Assembly: GCA_010093995.1 (NCBI GenBank)
Contig: ML992506.1
Coordinates: 1,616,992-1,636,991, forward strand
DNA from: Elsinoe ampelina
Taxonomy: Eukaryota
Length of the DNA: 20,000 bases
Direction of reading: 5' to 3'
The first letter of the stretch is position 1; the number at the start of each line of letters is the position of its first letter. The translations under genes were made by a program, and so were the position numbers. This document shows, in pieces, positions 1 through 10,334 of this stretch. Below the pieces are notes generated by a model, which saw only the letters and a program-made list of their open reading frames with translations, was not told the DNA's origin and searched no databases.

Positions 1-186
1 AGCGAATCCTCCCTCGGACAGGTACTTCTCGATCACAACCCGATGCGATCCCACCTGAACTTTCGTGCCTGGTGCAAAGGTCCCTGGTGGTGCGCTAGTG
101 ACAGCCATCTGCTGTGGTCGATGGCCTGGAACTGCTCTTTGCGCCATCTGGCTTGATCCAGGTGCTGGGTAATTCATGGTTGCCAT
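1..186 (-). CDS. 5' end of an Ark1/Prk1/Akl1-like (NAK family) Ser/Thr protein kinase; continues beyond the left edge
   Basis: Manual translation from the ATG at 186 gives MATMNYPAPGSSQMAQRAVPGHRPQQMAVTSAPPGTFAPGTKVQVGSHRVVIEKYLSEGGFA. The PGT.VQVGSH.V.I.KYLSEGGFA stretch is the typical start and Gly-rich loop of fungal NAK kinases. It is absent from the ORF track because it is truncated. Confidence 0.9.
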   Translation of the reverse strand, partial: MATMNYPAPGSSQMAQRAVPGHRPQQMAVTSAPPGTFAPGTKVQVGSHRVVIEKYLSEGGFA

Positions 187-575
187 AGCTGAAAGTGGAT
201 GCCTGAGAACCGACCAGGTCTGAGGGGGGATTGCTCTACCGCATGTCTTGTGAGGTGGGTCGGTGAAAGCTGTATGTACAGGGCTCCTCGGTATCCAAGT
301 GTGAAGTCAATTGCTTATGAAAGGCAATGTCGCGAGCCCGTCGAGTCAAGTGGTCGAGACGGTTGAAGCTCGTGCCTTCGTCATGGGGTGGATGCCGAGA
401 CCATTTCAGGGACCGACTCGTTGCAGTCTCCCTTCAGCCGCACGCTTCATCGTGCTTCCTTTCTTCCATCATCAATACATATTTCAGTCATCGACACGCC
501 TCCCTGAAACTCATCATATGACAGTAGACAGCAGTGTCAGCCACGATGCGAGCTCTTGGTTACTACACATGTATG

Positions 576-1436
576 CTATGAAGGCCATTTGACAGCAAGA
601 TGGTCGATCAACCATCTCCGGATCTTCTCATAATCTCTACATTTGTGCCTGGAGTCGAAGTCTGACCTCTCCCCAATCGGCGCCTCGGGGTCGATTTCAA
701 CGAGCATGGGTGCCGTATCGCCATAACACATCAATGTCTTCCGGAGCTCTTCGATACAATGGTCGGTGTGCATGCGCCGACCCACCGCTGTACTCTTCTG
801 CGGATTGGTGAGGTTGTGACGCTCATAGTAATCGCCCCAAGTGTACTGGCGGATGTAGTCGAGACAATGCAGCTGATGGAAGACACCGATAGCCGCTGCG
901 TAGCCGCCGCCCTTGTCGGATGCCACTGTCTTCCAATTCTTTTCTACTTTGACCCCGGTCACGAGATGGTGCAGTTTATCACGAGGTACGCTGACTTCAC
1001 CATCTGTCAAAGTCAGAGTCCGCACAGTATCGAAGGTGAGTTGCATACAATCCCACAATTCTTGCCACAGCTTCTCTCGCTCTATGGTTGGTGGACCTCG
1101 GAATGGGGTCTTATGGGAGAACATGTTATCGAAATTGTGTTCGTAGTATTCGACCGCTTCGTTGGCAGGGGCTAGGATTATCAGCAAGCAGGAAAGAATA
1201 GGCTGAGAAGTCCCACAATAGACGCTCAATCTTTTGACACACTCGGCTTCAGCCACGGGAAGGAACATGAAGATGGCGGCGGCGATGGATATTCCAGCCG
1301 CGAGAGACAGCATCATCAGAGAGGCTACAACGGGCCCCGGCCATGGCACTAGGCTATTGACTTTGGGCTTCCTGTGCTGGCCCAGCAATGCCTCATTTTG
1401 CTCATCGTCTTCGCTCTGATTGTGATCGGAGTCCAT
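576..1436 (-). CDS. DUF3328 / UstYa-like oxidase, ~256 aa, 3 exons
   Basis: Two HXXHC motifs (FHQLHCLDYIR, HTDHCIEELRKTLMCYGD), a C-terminal HKCRDYEKIRRW and one N-terminal hydrophobic helix. Predicted introns are 1216-1172 (GTGGGA..CTAG, giving LSVYSPA) and 1048-1004 (GTATGC..CAG, giving WDYGEV). The first ATG is at 1436; the ORF-track start at 1457 is TTG. Confidence 0.92.
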   Translation of the reverse strand: MDSDHNQSEDDEQNEALLGQHRKPKVNSLVPWPGPVVASLMMLSLAAGISIAAAIFMFLPVAEAECVKRLSVYCGTSQPILSCLLIILAPANEAVEYYEHNFDNMFSHKTPFRGPPTIEREKLWQELWDCMQLTFDTVRTLTLTDGEVSVPRDKLHHLVTGVKVEKNWKTVASDKGGGYAAAIGVFHQLHCLDYIRQYTWGDYYERHNLTNPQKSTAVGRRMHTDHCIEELRKTLMCYGDTAPMLVEIDPEAPIGERSDFDSRHKCRDYEKIRRWLIDHLAVKWPS

Positions 1437-2551
1437 TGCCTTTCTTAGAGTTGTCAACGACAGTGACGATAGAGGCTAGAGATCAACCCTTACTAGACAT
1501 GTATACTGGCCGAGATGGGCCGACCAAAGTGGTTGGACGAGGAAACCTGGATTCGGCCAGTCTCTACATGGTCAGCTGATGATCAGCTTACCAGCTTGAC
1601 ACAACACACACGCCAATCCCGGCAAACCACTTCCGCAACCCCTTCGGTCTGTCTCCTGATCAATGTCGTTCGAAATCATCTCGATACGCTATACAACGTA
1701 CTACACGAGACCCATACACGATGCAAGTGCACACCATCGTCACGACGCTTCTGCTCGCTACCTGGCGATTCGTCTCTGCTCTGCCGATACCTATCAACAT
1801 TCCTCCTGGCGCCGACACCTCAAACATTAGCTATGCCTACCAGGATGAAATCGACGCCGCAGATCCTTTCGAAGTTCTAGGAGAATAATGTGTCGGAGAC
1901 CTAGCTAGCAGGGGATGGAGCTATCAGATCAATCGAGACACTTGGGGACCATGCAATTATCGGCTTCATATGATCAACACCGAAAGGTCAGTTGCTGTAA
2001 GAAGAGGATTAAGGGCGCTCGGGTTGAAGAGAAGCAAGAGAAGCATGACACGCAGAAGATGGTCGACGGATGATTGGGTCATGGTACTCAGATACTCGAG
2101 TATTTGTGGTTCGATGCACTTCTCGCTTTCGAGAGCCAGGCAACGGACGACAATGGCAGTGTTCAGGTTCAAGGTCGACAATAGTGACGGCCAAATTGTA
2201 GACTCGATCATGTAATACATTTGAGCGCAGAACAAGTGCGACGATAGAAGGCTGCGTCTTGTGAAACAGTCCCTATTCGAGATGCGCATGATCAATGATA
2301 TTGTTATTGTCCTAGACCGAGAACGGCGTAGCTTCCGGTCAGGCGACCTCGAGATTGCTACACTCGGCAGGTACATCTGCACCTTTTCGCGACTGACAAC
2401 AAAGTGGCGCTCGTTAGTTCATCATGCCGCATGAGCTGAAACGCGTAGCTATCAGTCAGCATATCGCGTTAAACACAATGTAGCACCGATATATACAGCT
2501 CTCTTACCGCTTCTCGAGCATAAAGCTTGTCCAAAGCTTGTCGATTCTATC

Positions 2552-5500
2552 ATGACTTCGCGGAGCTGTCTATCAGCTGCCGACGGCGTGTTCGGTCCTA
2601 GTGTCGACGGCTGTCGTGATGGCTTCGACTTCACATTGTCTTTTGAGAGATACCTATTCAACCTGGTCCCGTCAGTCTTATTCATTGTAGCTGCTGTGCC
2701 GCGGGTCTGGTATCTGGCACGCAAGGAACGATGTATCAGTCATTCCCGCAGCGAGTACACCAAGCTGGTGAGTCTCAGCTCTCGGTGACCCGGTGAAGTC
2801 ATTCACATCTCCGCAGGCCACAATTATAGCTCTTGGAGTGACACAGCTGGCTCTTCTGGTGCTATGGAGCCGCGACAGAGGACTCACTGCGTGGGAGCAG
2901 TCGGTCGCCGCATACAGCTTGTCACTATTCACCTGCATCGTAATGGTCCCACTATCATATCTGGAGCAAGCACGATCATTACGGCCTTCTGTACTGCTGA
3001 ATGCTTATTTACTTGTAACCGTCATCCTTGATGCCGCTGTTGTGCGGACATTATGGTTGCTCGACAGTATACCGAAAAGCATAACGGGCATGCAAACAGC
3101 AGCTCTTGCTTGCAAAATTGCCATTCTTATCTCGGAAAGTCAACACAAGCGGAATCGTCTGGTGAAGTCTGTTAACGAGAAGAGTCCAGAAGACTTCAGC
3201 GGCTTGTACAGCCAGAGCCTGTTCTGGTGGTTGAATCGCATCATGTGGCAGGGTGCAAAGATGGTGTTGAGCCCAACTGACCTCTACCCCATTAGCAGTG
3301 ATATTGCAGCCAAGCAGCTGAGTGACAGATTCGAGGAATACGCGGTGACTGTAGCTGCCAAAGGCCGGCAAATCCACCTGATATCTGCTATTATCAGTCT
3401 TCTGAGATGGCCCATTGTCCTTGCAGTCTTACCACGCATCGCCCTTCTAGGCCTCACTCTCTGTCAGCCACTACTCTTGCGACGACTCTTGAGCTACTTG
3501 CAGGCTGGAGCGCTCAACAGAGATGCCAACACAGGGTATGGTTTGATCGGTGCCTACGGCGTTGTCTATGTTGGGATCGCTGTGAGTAAAGACTTCCACA
3601 AACAAGACCAGCGGAGCTGACATGAATGGCAAGCTTGTATCCGCTCTATACTGGCACCGTCAATTCCGGTTTCTTACCATGATGCGCGGCATCTTGACAA
3701 CTGCCATCTACAAGAAGGCCCTTGACTTGGACATCAACGCTGAAGATCGAGCGGCTTCCGTCACACTCATGAGTACTGACGTCCAGAGGATCATCAGAGG
3801 TTTTTTGGACATCCACGACATGTGGGCGAACATTATTCAAGTCGGCGTTGCATCGTACTTGATCGAGACCCAGTTAGGCACTGCCTTCGTCGGGCCTCTT
3901 GCTGTTGCCATCGGTAAGTGCCATCCATTATCATGTATGACCAGCGTCTGATCGATGAAGTCGCTGTTGGAGCATCCCTTGTTTTGGCAAGGTTTGTCAC
4001 TTTCTTCCAAATGCAATGGATCGGAAAGATTCAAGAAAGGATCAGTAAGGTCAACTTTCGACGAACACAGACAGTTATTGACCCTTTCACAGCCTTCATT
4101 ACATCAGCTCTGGGATCCATGAAATCGATCAAGATCGGCGGCCTGGAAAACATCGTCACACAGCTCCTGCACAACGCTCGGAAAGCTGAATTGGATGCGG
4201 CGGGCAAGTTCCGGCTCCTCTCCGCTGTGGCAGTATGCATTGGTATGCAAATTCGAAGAACAAGACCTGTGCACAGCAGAACTGACGTTGAAAAGCCCAG
4301 ATGCCCATGCTCTTGTCGCCGGTCATTACATTCGCCATCTATCTTGGCCTGCCAGAATCTCGCGATACCGGAGCAGATGTCGTCAAGTTGTTCACCTCTT
4401 TATCTCTTATCGTGCTCATGGCTGAACCCCTCTTTGGCCTCCTCGAGAGCGTCATGGATATTGTCTCGGCCTTTGCTTGCATTGCCAGGATTGAGACTTT
4501 CCTTCAAAAAACATCCAGGCATGGCTTTGGCTCTCCAGTGATGAATTCGCTGGGTGATCGTAAGTATGCACCAGTCGATGAAAGCCAAGTGATCGATGTT
4601 CGGAATGCTACATTCACCTGGGAAGGTAGTTCATCGCCCACCCTACACAACATCACAGCCTCTATCCCATCCCGGGATCTGACAATGGTTGTTGGTCCCG
4701 TTGCAAGCGGCAAGAGCACATTGCTCAAGGCTTTCTTAGGCGAGGTGAGGAAGACAACAGGTGAGATGACTGTTCACGCATCAGGCCTGTCGTGGTGTGA
4801 ACAGACACCGTGGCTGCAGGTGAGTCAGTGTCCCCTCACAAGAAACAGTCGCTGATATTACAGAACCAAAGCATCAAGTCAAACATTTGTACCTTTGCAG
4901 ACTTCGACAGCGAATGGTATCACGCCGTGGTCAATGCTTGTGACCTGCAGCGTGACTTCGACGGCTTGACGAATGGCGATGAAACCATGATTGGCAGCAA
5001 AGGTACGGCACTCAGCGGTGGTCAGAAGCAGCGAATAGTACGTCAATTCCTTCAAGTCGGCGAGACTTGGGGCGGTAACAGCTGACCGTGTAAGGCACTT
5101 GCACGAGCGGTGTACGCAAGACGACAGCTTAACATACTCGATGACGTCCTGAGCCAACTAGATGCAGCCACACAAAAGCTCGTGTTCAGTCGTCTGCTTT
5201 CCGAGGGCGGTCTTCTGCGTCGCGGTGATACTTCCGTCATTCTTGCCACGCATGCTGGTCAGTCCAACGGGATGGTATGATCGCCATTCACTAACGGGAG
5301 CAGTGCATTTATTGCCGAACGCCGATCATGTCATCGTGCTATCGAGTTCCGGTACCGTCCTTGGCCAAGGGACCTATACCAATCTACAACAGGCTGGGAT
5401 CTTGGATCACTCTGACTTCCATAACAGTGCGCCTTCTCCAGACGGCATTGACTCAACGAATTCAGTGACAAAGGACACACCTGCAAGCACGGATGCCGTG

Positions 5501-7547
5501 AAGGCACCTGACTCCGCCCAGAAGATCACTTCAGACCAACGGCGACTGACTGGAGACATGTCGATCTACAAGTACTACTTCAGCAAACTGGACAACAGCA
5601 TAGTCATCATCTTCCTGATCCTCCAGATTGCCTACGCTTTCTTTTCAACGTTCCCATGTAGGTCAACTTAAGGGTATAGGCCCTGAACGACGTATTGACT
5701 TCAACGCAGACATCTGGTTGAAATGGTGGACCGATACCAACCAGCAGCAGGAAGCGAGAAACAGCAACTTCTACATCGGCATCTATGCAGCACTTCAAAT
5801 GGCCGGACTTCTGTTCGCAGGAGCAACCACAATTTGGTCCTTCAATGTCATGGCCGTCTCAACAGGCACTGCACTACATGACATTCTTGCGAAGACAGTG
5901 ATGTCGTACGTTTCACCTCTGCCATACATTGAATCTTCTGACCATAGTAGTGCCTCATTTCCAGTCCTTGGTCGTATTGACACTGGAGCCATCTTGACAC
6001 GATTCAGTCAAGATATTCAGCTTATCGACATAAGCTTGCCACTAGCTCTGCAAGTTGTCGTCGGAAGTCAGTACAGCTTCAGCGTTCCATGATGCAGTAC
6101 TAAAGAACGTAGATACACTCATCTGCCTTGGTCAAATGGGCTTGATTGCATCAGCCTCCGCCTATATCGCTATCTGCTACCCTCCTCTTTTCATCATCTT
6201 CTACTATGTGCAGAAGTACTATTTACGTACATCACGCCAGATGCGGCTTCTAGACCTCGAAGAGAAAGCTCCAATCTAGTAGGATTCGTATTCCATGTCA
6301 CATACACTACTGACGGTACCGTAGCACTCAATTCACAGAGACTATTGAGGGGCTGGCGACAATCCGAGCATTTAACGGGAATGTGGCTGCTATTCAGAAA
6401 AACCATGAGCTGGTTGATAAGGCACAGAAACCCTTCTACCTGATGTATGCCATCCAGCGCTGGCTAGCGTTGGTACTGGATTTGATCGTTGCGGCACTCG
6501 CCGTAATCATCGTCGGCGTAGCCGTGGGACTGCGGGATGCAGCTTCACCGGGTTTGACCGGAGTCTCTCTGACACAAATCATCTCCTTCACTTCTGCGCT
6601 GAAGCTGTTGATCATGTTTTGGACGCAGCTGGAGACCTCTATCGGAGCAGTGACTAGGGTCCGAGAGTTCGAAGCAGACACACCCACGGAGCATAAGGCT
6701 GATGAAATGGCTGAGCCGCCTGAGACCTGGCCCGAGAAAGGCACGTTGGAGATGCAAGGTATTCGTGCCCAGTACAAGTAAGGCTCATCCCATCATGCGA
6801 CGCAGCGAGTTTCTGACGACAACAGGGCTGGATCACAGGATTGGGCGCTACAAGACATCGATATCTCTATTGAGCAAGGTCAAAAGGTCGCCTTGTGTGG
6901 AAGGACAGGTAGTGGTAAAAGCACCATGGCGCTGACATGGTCACGACTTCTCGATGAAGCGGATGGCAGTATTTACATCGACGGACTGGATCTATCGACC
7001 ATCAATCGCACTGTCCTACGATCTCGTCTGACATACATCGCTGACGATCCCTTCATCCTCCCTGGATCGGTTCGAGACAACATTGACATCTTCCAAGTTG
7101 CTGAGGACGAGACCATTACCTTGACGCTCAAGAAGACGTTGTTACTGGACGTTGTAACAAGCGCCGGAGGACTGGATGCACCAATGTCGTCTCTGATCCT
7201 GAGTCAAGGACAGAAGCAGCTCTTGAACTTCTCAAGAGCTCTGCTAAAGAAGAACGGGAAGCTTATCCTCCTTGACGAGGCTACGAGCAGGTATAATGAT
7301 CCTATCTCTCACGACTTCGTTCGCTGACTGCGAAAGTGTTGATCAAGAAACCGACAAGATCATTCAGAAGCTGATCCGGACGGAGTTCAAAGACCATACA
7401 GTCATTGCCATTGCTCATCGCCTTGATACGATCCTCGACTTCGACTTTGTAGGAGTCATGGACAGTGGGCGGCTTGTCGAGTATGGAAAGCCTTCGGATC
7501 TGCTGCAACAACAGTCACGATTTCGGGCACTGCGTGATTCCGCATAG
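2552..7547 (+). CDS. ABCC/MRP-type ABC transporter of the kind common in fungal secondary-metabolite clusters, ~1438 aa, 15 exons
   Basis: N-terminal C...D..FGP.V..CR..FDFTL.FE motif. NBD1 has GPVASGKS, LSGGQ and ILDD; NBD2 has GRTGSGKS, LSQGQ, LLDEATS and IAHRL. A continuous frame results from introns 2768-2816, 3582-3633, 3914-3960, 4045-4092, 4243-4295, 4820-4863, 5038-5094, 5258-5303, 5658-5709, 5906-5950, 6067-6112, 6279-6324, 6778-6825 and 7291-7336. Confidence 0.95.
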
Positions 7548-7717
7548 ACGTGCACAGACAAAGGATGGCTGCAGGAGGAGGCATCAGCTTACTTTCCATG
7601 TACCACGTCGCCCAAATTCGTTTGGAAGCATATCAGGCATCTCCTAGCACGTCGACTTGAAGGACCAGAGCTTCTAGTGTACTGTCGTTCTACAATTCCC
7701 CATCTCATTCCCTATTC

Positions 7718-8658
7718 ATGGCAGAAGTCGAAACGATCAGGGCGGGAGCCTCCAAGGAGGATTACATCCGACAACCTTCGGGTTGGAAAACCACTGATCC
7801 AGTGCCTCTCACTCGTCAATCTTTCCTAGACCTGTTGGCTGGCCATACACCTTTGATCAAGATCCCCAACTTCATATCGTCCGAACAGAGCACTGCTCTG
7901 TTCAACCACCTCTCCCCAGCTTTCACTCCCTACATCCATGCTACAGGTCCTGCAGTGGAGAAGGTTGGCATAGCACAATTCGAGTTCCAAGCCCAATCAC
8001 AATCCGACTTTCATTCTCGAACAGGCGACGGTATGGCCCCCTCAAACACTCCATTCTTCATCGCTGATTCGTTCAAGAAAAGCACCGCTACTTCACCGCC
8101 GCCTCGCAGCTCCAATCTCTCCACTCGTCTCTCACTGCCGTGACTGACACTAACCTCCTTGACAAATTCCTTTCCACTGTCCGCTCCCTCGTCCCCGAAT
8201 GGGACGTCGATATCGCCACCGAGCCCGACGGCAGACGCTACTTCGCCGGTATCTTCCGCAAAATCAACGGCGGCACACCCATCCACTGCGACTGGTGCCC
8301 CTACGACTGTTTGACCGAAGACTGGATCCTGAGCAAAGTGACATGTCAAGCGGTCTTCAACCTCTACCTGTCCGAGACTGATGGTGGGGAGACGACGGTG
8401 TATGATACGCAATGGACCGAGGAGGCTTTGAGGTTCAGGGATGAGGAGACGTATGGGTATGGCAGTGGCCTTGTGGAGGGGAGGCAGAAGGTGACGTTTA
8501 AGCCGAGGAAAGGGGAGTTGTGGTTGTTTAATTCGAGGAATATGCATGAGGTTGCGCCGGTCAAGGGAGAAGGGATGAGGGTGGCGATGGCGAGTTTTAT
8601 GGGGTTGTTGCCGGCTGAGGTCACTGGTGGGAGGCCGAGGTTGATGTTTTGGTCGTGA
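7718..8658 (+). CDS. Fe(II)/2-oxoglutarate-dependent dioxygenase (probable hydroxylase), ~297 aa, 2 exons
   Basis: Intron 8031-8077 (GTATGG..GCTGAT..AAG) joins the two ORFs. The HXD...H triad is PIHCDW...FNSRNMHEV, with DSBH-like strands FNLYL..TDGGETTVY and PRKGELWLF, and a downstream Arg (GMRVAMASF) at the 2OG-binding position. Confidence 0.85.
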
Positions 8659-8761
8659 GGGAGTCTGGTGATCGTTGGCCGTAGTCGAATGCAATGATTG
8701 TGGTCCCTACGTCCAGCTCATGAGTGGCTTGAGTAGCCATATTGCTCGGTGTTGTGTTCAT

Positions 8762-9679
8762 TCATGATAGAAAGAGCGTCTCGTAGTGCCGCTGACAGTA
8801 CTCTGCCAATGAGCCAGCGACCATGGTCCCTCCAACCAACCAGAAGTTCGTGTAGAACCACCAAGCACAACTCTCCGGCTTCTTCAGATCCACCAAAACC
8901 ACCATAGCCGCCAGAGTCACCGCCGTCCCAGAGCACCCGATCAGGTGATACGCCCACCCAAAACCCCCAATCACACCAACCCTCACCAAACACCCAACCT
9001 GCACCGCCCCGAGCACTGTACACAACGTCTTCGTCTCCCCCCTAAACCTAACAGCCATACTCTTCACCCCAGCCTTGACATCATCCTCCAAATCCTGATG
9101 CGCATAAACCGTATCATAAATCATCGTCCAAACCACATTCGCCCCACAAAGACACCCGGTCGCCCACCCCCTCCCTTCAGCAAACGGATCCACCCCCACC
9201 GCATAACAAGCAGACACAATCCCCCCAGCAAACGGAAACCCCAGAATAACCTGCGGGTAATGCGTAAACCTCTTCCCGAACGGATACACCATGAACAGCA
9301 AATACACCCCCACCACAACCCCCCTGCACTCCCCCGGCCACAACCCCATCATCCCCCACCCCATCCCCGCGAGCACGACCGTGACCCCGTGTCCCTCGAG
9401 CGACGTCACCGCCCCTCTCGCGATGGGCCTGTTCTTGCACCGCGCGACCTGCCGGTCGAAGTCTTGATCGACGTTATCGTTCCAGGCGCAGGTGGAGCCG
9501 CGGAGGAGGACGCAGAAGGGGAGGAAGAGGAGGGCGGTGCGCAGGAGGAGGGAGGGGGGGAGGAGGGTAGCCGAGGTGGAGGCGGCGAAGGCGAGGCCGA
9601 TGAGGTGGGGGAGGTAGAAGGCGTAGAGGCCTGAGGGGCGGTCGAGGCGGATGAGTTGGAGGTAGGGGTGGAGGGGCAT
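8762..9679 (-). CDS. UbiA/Coq2-like membrane aromatic prenyltransferase, ~305 aa, no intron detected
   Basis: PYLQLIRLDRP, first Asp-rich motif CAWNDNVDQDFDRQVARCKNRPIARGA, YPFGKRFTHYPQ, second motif YDTVYAHQDLEDDVKAGVKSMAV, and multiple TM helices. The first in-frame ATG is at 9679; the exact start is uncertain. Confidence 0.92.
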   Translation of the reverse strand: MPLHPYLQLIRLDRPSGLYAFYLPHLIGLAFAASTSATLLPPSLLLRTALLFLPFCVLLRGSTCAWNDNVDQDFDRQVARCKNRPIARGAVTSLEGHGVTVVLAGMGWGMMGLWPGECRGVVVGVYLLFMVYPFGKRFTHYPQVILGFPFAGGIVSACYAVGVDPFAEGRGWATGCLCGANVVWTMIYDTVYAHQDLEDDVKAGVKSMAVRFRGETKTLCTVLGAVQVGCLVRVGVIGGFGWAYHLIGCSGTAVTLAAMVVLVDLKKPESCAWWFYTNFWLVGGTMVAGSLAEYCQRHYETLFLS

Positions 9680-10334
9680 GGTGGGTGGAGTGGGAGAGGG
9701 GTCGATGGGGTGGTGAAGGCGTTGGTTGTGAGGGGGTTGATTGATGGTGGGTTGTAGTTGCAAGTTGGTAAGATGGAGGAGAGGATGAGATGTACGGGAG
9801 CTGTCGAGCTGGGGTGATGTTTGAGTAGGTAAAAATTGGGTTACCGAGGGTTGTGCAGTCTGTCTTCGCCAAGGGTCGGCGGAATGGATCTCTGCAGGGC
9901 TGTTAGTACACCTTCAGTCTATGATCAGATCTGAGAGTTCCTTTGTACCTCTTATCGTGTATCGGTATTCGGGACTGCAGCTTCTTGGCAGTACAGCAGG
10001 AGATCGGTCCTATTCCAGCGTCCTACTTAACAAAGTCCTACTAGTCCATTGTGTCGTTCCGAGGAATGGTCTAACAGTCATTGTAGCTAATTAGCTAGTC
10101 TGATGATTATATTTGTTGCACAACATAAGGTAGGGTCACAATTGAAAGCCCAATGGAAAGGATGACCTCCTAGCAGATGGAACTATAGTGCTGTAGCTGC
10201 TCGAGCAAAGAGAATATAAGCTGAGATCAGGAGTGAAAGGGTCAGCTTACCTGGCAGTACTTACCGGATCATGCAGATGTGGAGGTTCACCCGAGCGAGT
10301 AAAGTGTCACTGGAAAAAGCTATGGAACCTCAGC

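Noticed and set aside
311..592. ORFs between the kinase and DUF3328
   Set aside because: Short, with no recognisable features; the region is the kinase promoter and DUF3328 3' UTR.
1515..2382. Small ORFs in the DUF3328-ABC1 spacer (1515-1880 +, 1951-2073 +, 1970-2215 + with KR/RR pairs, 1966-2382 -) as RiPP precursor candidates
   Set aside because: No signal peptide, no repeated core units and no coding-like pattern; the dibasic sites look incidental. The region is best read as a divergent promoter.
2522..2542. Direct repeat AAAGCTTGTC x2 before the ABC1 ATG
   Set aside because: Too short to support a function.
2552..7547. Fragmented ORF track suggesting an ABC1 pseudogene
   Set aside because: All breaks are resolved by canonical GT-AG introns with branch sites, giving an intact frame.
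8011..9872. Long Pro/His/Gly-rich ORFs (8011-8694 -, 8945-9634 +, 9474-9872 -)
   Set aside because: Shadow frames produced by the C/G-skewed codon usage of the dioxygenase and UbiA genes.
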